The notes below the pieces were generated by a model. It was not told where the DNA came from. It worked only from the letters and a program-made list of their open reading frames with translations, and ran no database searches. A stretch of DNA of 64,000 nucleotides from a virus. The stretch covers positions 1 through 64,000 of the IMG/VR virus record IMGVR_UViG_3300033149_003715. One strand, 5' to 3'. This document shows positions 9,862 through 18,473 of this stretch, in pieces; the stretch's first letter is position 1; every line of letters starts with the position of its first letter. Position numbers and translations under genes: made by a program.

Positions 9862-10608
9862 ATGGAAAACATTAAACTTATACAAGGTGAATGTCTTGAA
9901 GAAATGGGCAAGTTGATTGAGCAGGGAATAAAAGTTGATGCAATTATTACAGATCCACCTTATGGAATTACATCTTGCAAATGGGATTCAATTATTCCTT
10001 TTGATATTATGTGGAACAAATTGAATAAATTGATTAAATCTAAGGGAGCAATAGTTTTATTTGGTTCAGAACCTTTTAGCAGTGCTTTAAGAATGAGTAA
10101 CATTAAGAATTATAAATATGATTGGGTATGGGATAAGAAAATTCCGAGTGGGATGAGTTATGCACGATATAGGCCAATGCAACAAACCGAATGTATATCT
10201 GTTTTTACTAGTGATGGTGGAAAATCAATTTATTATCCACAAATGATTAAAAGAAACATACCTATTAAAAGTGGTGGAATAAAATATAGTGAAACTGCAC
10301 CAACAAAATATAAAGATAAAAATTTTAAAAGAATTTATCATTATAAAAATCCAATTACTTTGTTAGTCTTTGATAAAATAAGGAAAGGAAGTGTTCATCC
10401 TACACAAAAACCAGTTGCTTTGATGGAGTATTTAATTAAAACTTATACTAAAGAGGGTGAAATAGTATTGGATTTTACAATGGGTTCGGGTACAACAGGG
10501 GTCGCTTGTGTAAAAACAAATAGGAAATTTATAGGTATTGAATTAGATGAAAAATATTTTGAAATAGCTAAAAAACGAATTTATGAATGTATTATCGAGC
10601 TTCAATGA
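9862..10608 (+). CDS. DNA N6-adenine/N4-cytosine methyltransferase (beta class)
   Basis: TDPPYG, HPTQKP, LDFTMGSGTTG. Confidence 0.95.
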   Translation: MENIKLIQGECLEEMGKLIEQGIKVDAIITDPPYGITSCKWDSIIPFDIMWNKLNKLIKSKGAIVLFGSEPFSSALRMSNIKNYKYDWVWDKKIPSGMSYARYRPMQQTECISVFTSDGGKSIYYPQMIKRNIPIKSGGIKYSETAPTKYKDKNFKRIYHYKNPITLLVFDKIRKGSVHPTQKPVALMEYLIKTYTKEGEIVLDFTMGSGTTGVACVKTNRKFIGIELDEKYFEIAKKRIYECIIELQ

Positions 10609-10862
10609 ATTTATGGGAAGGATACAACTATTTGTTGGCGTCCAACATCATAAAGTAGATCCTTCTTATACATCACAGACTTGTAACAAGTGCAAGTTTG
10701 TTTCACAAGCAAATAGGGTTGGTGAGATATTTAAGTGTAGAAATTGTGGCTACGCGGCGGATGCAGATTATAACGCATCTTTAAATATCTTGAATCTCTA
10801 TTTAGCACAGGAGCATATAGTTCCTGTAAGTACGAGAGGTTATTTTTCAATAAAATAACTAA
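10592..10862 (+). mobile_element. Internally deleted IS200/IS605/IS607-type TnpB relic (hairpin left part fused to TnpB C-terminus)
   Basis: VDPSYTSQTCNKC...FKCRNCGYAADADYNASLNI is the TnpB Zn-ribbon/RuvC-III end; flanked by hairpins at 10632-10648, 10807-10827 and 10839-10859. Confidence 0.8.
10613..10648 (+). repeat. Dispersed 36-bp exact repeat, copy 1 (ATGGGAAGGATACAACTATTTGTTGGCGTCCAACAT)
   Basis: Identical to 16739-16774. Confidence 0.95.
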
Positions 10863-10933
10863 CTATCATTTATACTGCAATGTTATTAAATTTGTTGTAA
10901 ATGCAATTAAAGTTATAGGATTTTATTCAAAAT

Positions 10934-10950
10934 TGTGTATTATATATTAA
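10934..10950 (+). promoter_or_regulatory. Putative late promoter TGTGTATTATAT upstream of portal
   Basis: Recurring motif, intergenic. Confidence 0.55.
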
Positions 10951-10986
10951 GTCAATGTTATTACCAATGAAAATAATAGAACTATT

Positions 10987-13143
10987 ATGGTAAAAAAATA
11001 TCCTCGTTCTGAAAATAATGTTATTCAAAATGTAACGTTTGAACAACAACCGGCTTATATTAATTTAAATGATACCACAGCATTGACAGATTATGCTTCA
11101 GCTATTAACGAGTCTAAAGGTATTCAACGCAGTAAAGGTAGTATAGGTGGTTATAATACTGATTATTCTGATTTAGCTACAAATGTTTCTGGTCGTCCTG
11201 GCTTAACTAAGAGTGATTATTATAAATTTCGACCACAAGAAAAACCACCACAATGTTTTCGAGATATTTTTCTTGCTGTTGATTTGGTTTATCAAAAAGT
11301 TGGACTCATTCGTAATATTATTGATTTAATGGGTGATTTTGCCTGTCAAGGGATTCGTTTGGTACATCCAAACAGAAAAATTGAAAAATTCTATCAAAAA
11401 TGGTTTGAACGTGTTAATGGAAAAAGCCAGTCGGAAAGATTTTTAAATCATTTATACCGTCTAGGTAATGTGATTATTCGTAGACAAACTGCTCATTTGA
11501 CTAAGCCCGCTGAAAAAAAAGTGATGAGAGCTTTTGGTGGTGCAGATGTTGATATTCAACAATTAAAAGTAACTAAACGAGAAATTCCTTGGAGATATGT
11601 ATTTATACATCCTAGTGTTGTAGAAGTTGTTGGTGGTCCATTAGCATCTTTTGTTGGCAATCCTGTATATATGATGAATATACCAACCAAACTTAGGAGA
11701 ATGATTAATAACCCCAAAGGAGCAGAACAAAAAGAATTAGTAAGTAAATTACCATCTGAGGTTGTTCAAGCAGCAAAACGAAAAAATGGTTTTATCTTAC
11801 CACCAAATAAGACTAGTGTATTTCATTACAAGAAAGATGATTGGCAGTCGTGGGCATATCCTATGATTTATGCTATTTTAGATGACATTGCCATATTGGA
11901 AAAATTAAGATTAGCTGATATGGCTGCTTTAGATGGGGCTATTTCTAATTTACGTATTATTAAATTGGGTAGTTTAGAACATCAACTTGCTCCTACTAGT
12001 GTTGCGATTTCTAAGATTTCTGAAATTTTAGAAAGTAATGTGGGTGGTGGCACGATGGATTTTGTTTGGGGGCCTGATATTGAGTTGATTGAGTCCAAGA
12101 CATCTGTACATCAATTTTTGGGCGAAGAAAAATATCGTCCACATTTAAATGCAATTTATGCCGGATTGGGGATTCCTCCAACATTAACTGGAACTTTTGG
12201 GGCTGCTGGTACTACGAATAATTTTATTTCTCTTAAAACCCTTATTTATAGATTAGAATACGGAAGGGATATTTTAGTTCAATTTTGGAATAAGGAAATT
12301 GAGATTGTACAAAAAGCTATGGGTTTTCGTTTGCCTGCTAAGGTAGAATTTCGATTTACGAATCTTGGAGATGAAGAAGCAGAAAAAGCATTATGGATTC
12401 AGTTAGCAGATCGTAATTTAATGAGTGATGAATTATTGCAGTATAAATTTGGTAGTGATGTAAGCATGGAAAAAGTACGTATTAATAGAGAAAATCGGGA
12501 AAGAAATAATGGTCAAATGGTCAATAAGGCTGGTCCATATCACGATCCTCAATTTGGTGTTGCGTTGAAAAAAATTGCTTTAAACAGACGCACTTTGACA
12601 CCATCACAAGTTGGCTTAAATCAGGATGCTAAAAATTATACGTTGCGTACTTTTCCAAATAAAGATGAAGTAAATAATCCAATAAATGATTCTACTGATG
12701 ATCAAATTAATTTAGACAATAAACAACGCCAACCTGATGGTAGACCTAAAAATTCTCGTGATATTACCCGCGATGATCGTTCATTTAAGCCAAAAGTGCG
12801 GGCTTTGGAGATATGGGCAAAAGATGCACAATATGCTATTGCTTCACACCTTAATGATTATATTTTAAAGGTGTATAACAAAAAGAATTTGCGTAGTTTG
12901 GGAAGTAAAGAAGTAAATAATGCTGAATTATTAAAGTTTTGTGTATTATGTCATTTAGAACCCTTTACTTATATTGATAAAAATAAGGTTTTGGCAGCAT
13001 TGAAGCGTGGCGGTATTTCAAATGAAATCTATAAAATATATCGTTATTGGCATAATAGCATTGCTCATATTTTGAATAGAAAGTTAACTTTGGATGAGCA
13101 AAAACAAATACAAGCTTATATTTATGCTTTATATTATAAATAG
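10987..13143 (+). CDS. Portal protein
   Basis: Follows TerL, 718 aa, portal-like helical segments (LIRNIIDLMGDF; IYAGLGIPPTL), precedes protease and capsid. Confidence 0.8.
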   Translation: MVKKYPRSENNVIQNVTFEQQPAYINLNDTTALTDYASAINESKGIQRSKGSIGGYNTDYSDLATNVSGRPGLTKSDYYKFRPQEKPPQCFRDIFLAVDLVYQKVGLIRNIIDLMGDFACQGIRLVHPNRKIEKFYQKWFERVNGKSQSERFLNHLYRLGNVIIRRQTAHLTKPAEKKVMRAFGGADVDIQQLKVTKREIPWRYVFIHPSVVEVVGGPLASFVGNPVYMMNIPTKLRRMINNPKGAEQKELVSKLPSEVVQAAKRKNGFILPPNKTSVFHYKKDDWQSWAYPMIYAILDDIAILEKLRLADMAALDGAISNLRIIKLGSLEHQLAPTSVAISKISEILESNVGGGTMDFVWGPDIELIESKTSVHQFLGEEKYRPHLNAIYAGLGIPPTLTGTFGAAGTTNNFISLKTLIYRLEYGRDILVQFWNKEIEIVQKAMGFRLPAKVEFRFTNLGDEEAEKALWIQLADRNLMSDELLQYKFGSDVSMEKVRINRENRERNNGQMVNKAGPYHDPQFGVALKKIALNRRTLTPSQVGLNQDAKNYTLRTFPNKDEVNNPINDSTDDQINLDNKQRQPDGRPKNSRDITRDDRSFKPKVRALEIWAKDAQYAIASHLNDYILKVYNKKNLRSLGSKEVNNAELLKFCVLCHLEPFTYIDKNKVLAALKRGGISNEIYKIYRYWHNSIAHILNRKLTLDEQKQIQAYIYALYYK

Positions 13144-13157
13144 AATGGGAGTTAATT

Positions 13158-13436
13158 ATGTCAGTTATCGTAACAACTTTTGATACCAGAACAAAAGAAT
13201 TTTCTATTACTAGGGATGGTGAGCCAATTGAAAATGTAGAACGTGTTGAATATTTTTCTAATAAAGGTAACATAGGATCTATTGAAATTTGTATATATAG
13301 TGACGATGATGATGATCAAACACAAACCATGACTCGTATTACCGCAGATGATCGGGGATTGACAGAAACCGTAAAAAAAGATAATGTAATAGAATCTTTA
13401 AGTAAGGCTTTATATCCTGAGCGTTTTAAGGACTGA
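13158..13436 (+). CDS. Hypothetical head-module protein
   Basis: GGGAG RBS, 92 aa. Confidence 0.6.
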   Translation: MSVIVTTFDTRTKEFSITRDGEPIENVERVEYFSNKGNIGSIEICIYSDDDDDQTQTMTRITADDRGLTETVKKDNVIESLSKALYPERFKD

Positions 13437-13438
13437 AT

Positions 13439-15040
13439 ATGAGTGTTCCTGTTTATAAGATAGAAGAGCAGGATGGATTAGCTGATAAAATTCAAAACAA
13501 TCTATCAATTGCTTATACTACACAAGTAGATTTAGTAAGGCGTTCTGAAACACCCGTATTATGTCAAAATATCTTGAAGGCAGCAGCAAATTATAGTGTG
13601 ACTGCTAGTATTTCTGATCCAGATTTATATTTAACCAAAGCTGTTTTGGTAACTACAAACTGGAATAAAAATGATGATGTATTTGGGCCGGCTGAAGTAT
13701 GGAAAGCACGTCGAACACCAATTCATAAACCAGCAAACATTGAACATAACGAAAATGTTATTGTTGGACATATTGTAGATTGTTGGGGATTAGATACTGA
13801 TGGCCAACATTTGTCGGATGATTTGGAATTAAATGATTTACCAGATGTTTTTCATTTAGTTATTGGTTCAGTTATATATAAATTGTGGGAAAATGAAAAA
13901 TTAGTTGAGCGTACAAAAAAACTTATTGATGCAATTCGATCAAATGAAATATTTGTTTCAATGGAATGTGCATTTACTAAATTTGATTATGCTATTAAAG
14001 CAAATGATGATTGTTGTAATATTGTTGAACGCAATAAAGATACGGCTTGGATAACAAAGCATTTAAGAGCATATGGTGGTTCTGGAATGTACAATGGATA
14101 TAAAATTGGACGCTTTATTAGAAATCTTGTATTTTCAGCCTATGCGTTTACTAAAAAACCTGCTAATCCTGATAGTATTGTTCTTAATGATAAGAATTTG
14201 TTTAATTTTTCTACTGCTAAAATTTTAACTGATGCAAAACAATTCAAAAAAATTTCATTAAATTTAAAAAGTGGTGTATGTATTCATATACAGGGGAATC
14301 AATCCTCTTCTATTAATAAGGAGAATTATTGTATGAATGATATTGATGTTTATAAAGAGCAAAATACAGATTTAAAGAAAGAAATTTCGACTTTACGTGC
14401 TAGTTTGGATGAAGCTAATAATAAATTAGCAAAAGCTGATATAAGTAAATATGAAGATAAGATTTCTTCTTTGGAAGATAAACTTAAAATTGCTAAAAAT
14501 AGTGTGGTTGAGAAAGATGAAACACTAAAAGAACATGAAGATAAAATTGTAGACTTGGAAGAAAAATATACTCAATCGCAGGCAAAAGTTGAAGAACTTA
14601 CTAAGCAGCTTGATGAAATTAAGAAGTTGGAAGCAAAAGCCAATCGTATTGCTACATTAGTTGATGGTGGTATTAACAAAGAAGATGCTACGGCTAAAGT
14701 TACTATTTTTGAGCAATTATCAGATGAACAATTCAAGGTTATTGCACAAGAATTAATAGATGCTGCTAAAATCAAAACACAAGCTAGCAATGAAAATAAT
14801 ACTGATATTTCTAATGAATCTGAAGAAGAAGAAAAAGAAGAAGAAGAAAAAGATGCAGCAGATGCTAATGCAGATGATCAAGCGTTAGATTCTGCCAAGG
14901 CTAATACGGATGTAGATTTATCTACTGATAGTGATAATGAAGATAGTCAGATTAATGAAATATCTGAATTGCAATCGGCAATTGCTACATTGCTAGATCA
15001 TGAAATTTCTGATGAAAATTTTGATAAAGGAGATAACTAA
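13439..15040 (+). CDS. Prohead protease fused to coiled-coil scaffold
   Basis: N-domain with NKNDD.F, EH, VSMEC and PANP motifs; C-terminal coiled coil and acidic tail; directly upstream of capsid genes. Confidence 0.7.
   Translation: MSVPVYKIEEQDGLADKIQNNLSIAYTTQVDLVRRSETPVLCQNILKAAANYSVTASISDPDLYLTKAVLVTTNWNKNDDVFGPAEVWKARRTPIHKPANIEHNENVIVGHIVDCWGLDTDGQHLSDDLELNDLPDVFHLVIGSVIYKLWENEKLVERTKKLIDAIRSNEIFVSMECAFTKFDYAIKANDDCCNIVERNKDTAWITKHLRAYGGSGMYNGYKIGRFIRNLVFSAYAFTKKPANPDSIVLNDKNLFNFSTAKILTDAKQFKKISLNLKSGVCIHIQGNQSSSINKENYCMNDIDVYKEQNTDLKKEISTLRASLDEANNKLAKADISKYEDKISSLEDKLKIAKNSVVEKDETLKEHEDKIVDLEEKYTQSQAKVEELTKQLDEIKKLEAKANRIATLVDGGINKEDATAKVTIFEQLSDEQFKVIAQELIDAAKIKTQASNENNTDISNESEEEEKEEEEKDAADANADDQALDSAKANTDVDLSTDSDNEDSQINEISELQSAIATLLDHEISDENFDKGDN
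14333..15040 (+). CDS. Nested in-frame scaffold protein (internal start)
   Basis: AAGGAG at 14318-14323, in-frame ATG 14333, GGTGTAT motif at 14273. Confidence 0.65.
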   Translation: MNDIDVYKEQNTDLKKEISTLRASLDEANNKLAKADISKYEDKISSLEDKLKIAKNSVVEKDETLKEHEDKIVDLEEKYTQSQAKVEELTKQLDEIKKLEAKANRIATLVDGGINKEDATAKVTIFEQLSDEQFKVIAQELIDAAKIKTQASNENNTDISNESEEEEKEEEEKDAADANADDQALDSAKANTDVDLSTDSDNEDSQINEISELQSAIATLLDHEISDENFDKGDN

Positions 15041-15544
15041 ATGGCTTTAAAACCAAGTAGACAAATTCTTGCTGATGGTACATTTATTGAAGCATTTATG
15101 AACGAAACTGCTTCTCGTGGTGAAGTTGTTGTTTGGAGTACCAGTGGTTCTGGTGCGAGTTTAGATGACCCTAATGCTGTTGTTACTAGTCCATCTACTA
15201 TTTCCGGTAGTAAGCCGGCTGGTGTATTACTAAATGATGTTGTAAATCTTGATTTAACACGTCAGCATCTTAATCATCATAAAGATGAGGTACAGCAAGG
15301 TGGTAAGGTTACATTAGTTCGTAAGGGTATTATTGAAACTAATAATATTCTTAGTACAGATAGTCCTAGTGCTGGTGATCCCGCATTTTATGTTGCAGAG
15401 GATGGTATTGGTAAACTTACTACAAGTCCTCCTACAGACGATAGGTGGGAAACTGGACGTGATGTTGATGCATTATATCGTGTAGGAACATTTTTGAGTA
15501 AAAAAGATTCCGATGGTTATGCAAAAGTGCAAATTAGCTTATAA
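15041..15544 (+). CDS. Capsid decoration/cement protein
   Basis: 167 aa directly before MCP; beta-tulip-like G-rich pattern (PAGVLLND...GGKVTLVRKG...VGTFLS). Confidence 0.65.
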   Translation: MALKPSRQILADGTFIEAFMNETASRGEVVVWSTSGSGASLDDPNAVVTSPSTISGSKPAGVLLNDVVNLDLTRQHLNHHKDEVQQGGKVTLVRKGIIETNNILSTDSPSAGDPAFYVAEDGIGKLTTSPPTDDRWETGRDVDALYRVGTFLSKKDSDGYAKVQISL

Positions 15545-15561
15545 TTCAAGGAGAATATTAA

Positions 15562-16566
15562 ATGCTTAGAAATTTTAAACCAACAGAAAAACAGAACGCT
15601 ATTCTTAGAGCTTCTGGTTCATATAATAAAGAGGAATCGTTAACTGCAACTGCACAAATTGCTAAAGCTTTGGAATTACCTTTGCGTAAAGGTATGTTAA
15701 GTGGTGATATTGTTAGCGGTATTTTTGAGCCTATTTACGTTGGCATTAATTCTACTGCTGAATTCCCACTTGACTTTCTGGCCCCTGGAACCGAAAAGAA
15801 TTTTGTGGCATATACACTTCCTAATCATGGTTATATTCCACAAAGTCATGTTGAAGGTGATTATGTACAAGTGCCAACTTTTGATATTGGTGCTGCAATT
15901 GATTGGAACTTAAAATATGCACGCGATGCTCGTTGGGATATTATAGGGCGTGCTATGGAAGTAATGGAGGCACAGTTTGTTAAAAAGATGAATGATGATG
16001 GTTGGCATACATTACTAGCTGCTGCTGTTGATCGTAATATTGTTGTGGTTGACTCAGATGCGGCTGCTGGTCAATTTACTAAACGTCTCGTATCATTAAT
16101 GAAAGTGGTTATGCGTCGTAATGGTGGTGGTAATAGTACATCTCTTAATCGTGGTCGTTTAACTGATTTGTATATTAGTCCAGAAGCGATGGAAGATATT
16201 CGCAACTGGAATGTGGATCAGGTAGATGAGATTACACGTCGAGAAATTTTTGTAAGTGATAGAGACAATGCATTAAATCGTATTTTTGGTGTAAATATTC
16301 ACGATATTGATGAATTAGGGGAAGGACAAGAGTACCAACTATTCTATGAGAATCAATTAGGTGGAACTATGCCTACTGGTGATGTAGAAATTGTGGTTGG
16401 TCTTGATTTATCAAAAAGTGATTCTTTTGTGATGCCAATTCGTGAAGAAGTACAAATCTTTGAGGATGATACATTACATCGTCAAAGACGTGCTGGGTTA
16501 TACGGACATCAATCATACGGTGTAGCAGTTCTTGATAACAGGCGAGTTTTATTAGGTTCTCTTTAA
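15562..16566 (+). CDS. Major capsid protein (HK97-fold)
   Basis: 334 aa, AAGGAG RBS, position after scaffold and decoration, followed by strong terminator. Confidence 0.85.
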   Translation: MLRNFKPTEKQNAILRASGSYNKEESLTATAQIAKALELPLRKGMLSGDIVSGIFEPIYVGINSTAEFPLDFLAPGTEKNFVAYTLPNHGYIPQSHVEGDYVQVPTFDIGAAIDWNLKYARDARWDIIGRAMEVMEAQFVKKMNDDGWHTLLAAAVDRNIVVVDSDAAAGQFTKRLVSLMKVVMRRNGGGNSTSLNRGRLTDLYISPEAMEDIRNWNVDQVDEITRREIFVSDRDNALNRIFGVNIHDIDELGEGQEYQLFYENQLGGTMPTGDVEIVVGLDLSKSDSFVMPIREEVQIFEDDTLHRQRRAGLYGHQSYGVAVLDNRRVLLGSL

Positions 16567-16594
16567 TATAAAATAATTTTTGTAAGTTGCATAT

Positions 16595-16628
16595 ACTACT
16601 GCTTGTTTCGGCGGGCAGTAGTTTTTTT
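16595..16628 (+). terminator. Rho-independent terminator after MCP
   Basis: ACTACTGCTTGT-TTCG-GCGGGCAGTAGT stem with UUCG loop, then T-run. Confidence 0.9.
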
Positions 16629-16724
16629 GTTTATATAGGGTTGAAAAATTTTGTAATTTGTTTGAATTGGTATATTATCGAGTGTTATTGAACTTTAATG
16701 AGTTTGTTAAGAAATAATATTTTT

Positions 16725-16740
16725 TGTGTATATATATAAT
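16725..16740 (+). promoter_or_regulatory. Putative late promoter TGTGTATATATATAAT
   Basis: Recurring motif; upstream context resembles 30565-30591. Confidence 0.55.
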
Positions 16741-16787
16741 GGGAAGGATACAACTATTTGTTGGCGTCCAACATAAATCTTTTCCAT
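16739..16787 (+). repeat. Dispersed 36-bp repeat copy 2 within a longer stem-loop
   Basis: 16739-16774 identical to 10613-10648; 16739-16749 pairs with 16777-16787. Confidence 0.85.
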
Positions 16788-16844
16788 GCACCACAAATTT
16801 GCAACTTGGTACAGTAGTCAAAGTATTATTTTTGAGATAATTCT

Positions 16845-17465
16845 ATGAATATTACTATTACTCCAATACAATCTCCTGTAGCAGGTAAAAGGTGCTTTCT
16901 TAAAATTGAAGGTGCTTCTTATCGTGAATTGGTATTTGGTAAGATTTTGACTGAACCTAAAAAGTCTTGTTCCTTTGTTTTGATTACTTATCAATCTAAA
17001 CCGGCTATTTGGTTTTTACCAAAAGATTCTGGTATATATTTTGTTTCTGTTTCCGTCATAAAAACTAATACCAATAAATTAGCTTGTGGTTCTACTTATT
17101 TTAATGTTCTATTACCGGAAAGAAAACCATTTGTTAGTGTTGTTTATGAAACAGCACTTCGTACACCAGAGCAGGCTTTGGTTTTAGATGGTATACAAAA
17201 TTTTCTTATAACTGAGAATAACAACGATAGATATGTTGATTGGAAATTTACAGATATTGATCGTCGCACAAGCTATAATCGGTCACCTAATTGGTTAATA
17301 CCTTATTTGAATGAAATAGCTGTTAAAAATATATCTTTGCCAGCAGTAGTTGTTGGGTTTAAAGATGATAAAGAACATATTACAGCAGCTTTTAATTTAC
17401 CAATTGCTTTTGGTGATCCTGGTCCAGCTTTAAATGAAATAAAAAAACATTTGTATCAATTATAG
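16845..17465 (+). CDS. Hypothetical protein (partner of C1 peptidase)
   Basis: 206-aa ORF; C-terminal half loosely thioredoxin-like without CxxC. Confidence 0.55.
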   Translation: MNITITPIQSPVAGKRCFLKIEGASYRELVFGKILTEPKKSCSFVLITYQSKPAIWFLPKDSGIYFVSVSVIKTNTNKLACGSTYFNVLLPERKPFVSVVYETALRTPEQALVLDGIQNFLITENNNDRYVDWKFTDIDRRTSYNRSPNWLIPYLNEIAVKNISLPAVVVGFKDDKEHITAAFNLPIAFGDPGPALNEIKKHLYQL

Positions 17466-17478
17466 AAAAATTGTTGAC

Positions 17479-18216
17479 ATGAACCAGTTTAAAGTTCCAC
17501 CCGGAAAAGCTTTGGGATGTTTGCCTCGTGCTACCAAAGTTGGTCAAATTGCTCCTAAACTTGAAGATAGTGTTCAAATTATTCCTAAAGAAAAATGGAA
17601 AGATTATATTACACCCGATTTAAGATTAGATAAGCATGTTCATACAGTATTTGATCAAGATGGGGTAAAAAGTTGTGCGGCTGAATCGTCAACACAGGCA
17701 TTACAAATTATTCGTAGTTGGCAAAATCAACCATTTGTAAAGTTGAATCCATGGACTTTATATTATTTTAGTGGAAATGGAAAAGATCATGGTAGTTGTA
17801 TAGATCTTAATATATTACATCTTAAAAATGTTGGGGTATTACCAGAAAAAGTACATCCGCGTGAAAGGGGTTGGGATTCAGAACCTAGCAATGATGATTT
17901 ACATAATGTTGCTTCTCATTTTAGGATAGATGAATTTTATGATTTACAAACGATAGATGAGGTTGGAACTGCACTTTTGTTAAGATTTCCGGTTGTTTTT
18001 GGATGGTTGGGACATAGTTGTGTAATGACAGATTTATTATTGAGTGATGGAAGTAATCATATAGCGTCTTATGTTAATAGTTGGGGAAAGAATTGGAATA
18101 GAAATGGTCGATGTATTTTAGGGTTGGATCAAATTTACTTTGGTTATGGGGTGCTTGCAATTAGAACAGCTATTGATACGAGTCAGGATATTTATACAAA
18201 GTACAACTTATTATAA
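17479..18216 (+). CDS. Papain-like (C1) cysteine peptidase
   Basis: Q-x5-C (DQDGVKSCAA), catalytic His (GHS), NSWG..W...G. Confidence 0.85.
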   Translation: MNQFKVPPGKALGCLPRATKVGQIAPKLEDSVQIIPKEKWKDYITPDLRLDKHVHTVFDQDGVKSCAAESSTQALQIIRSWQNQPFVKLNPWTLYYFSGNGKDHGSCIDLNILHLKNVGVLPEKVHPRERGWDSEPSNDDLHNVASHFRIDEFYDLQTIDEVGTALLLRFPVVFGWLGHSCVMTDLLLSDGSNHIASYVNSWGKNWNRNGRCILGLDQIYFGYGVLAIRTAIDTSQDIYTKYNLL

Positions 18217-18245
18217 ATAGATATTATTAAATATGAGGATGAATT

Positions 18246-18461
18246 ATGGATGTTGATAAAAAAGAAAGTGAAAATATTAAGCGGGTAGAATTTCATCAGG
18301 CGGACATTAGAGTAACAGTTAAAGTAACCGACGATGATAGATCATATGGCATGAAGCAGTTTACTTTTTCCTTATTGAAGAATACTCCGCAAGAATGGCA
18401 AGCGGCGATGCAACAAGTTAATAATATGTTATCTCAATTAAAAGTAGAAGAAGTGTTATAG
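18246..18461 (+). CDS. Hypothetical protein
   Basis: GAGG RBS, 71 aa. Confidence 0.6.
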   Translation: MDVDKKESENIKRVEFHQADIRVTVKVTDDDRSYGMKQFTFSLLKNTPQEWQAAMQQVNNMLSQLKVEEVL

Positions 18462-18473
18462 TGGAGTTTTATA

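Noticed and set aside
10583-10858. Functional TnpB/Cas12f nuclease
   Set aside because: Only the C-terminal Zn-ribbon/RuvC-III part is present; RuvC-I/II and the REC/WED regions are missing.
10613-16774. 36-bp repeat as a CRISPR direct repeat or as ends of one 6-kb transposon
   Set aside because: Only two copies, 6 kb apart, enclosing core portal and capsid genes; better explained as dispersed element ends.
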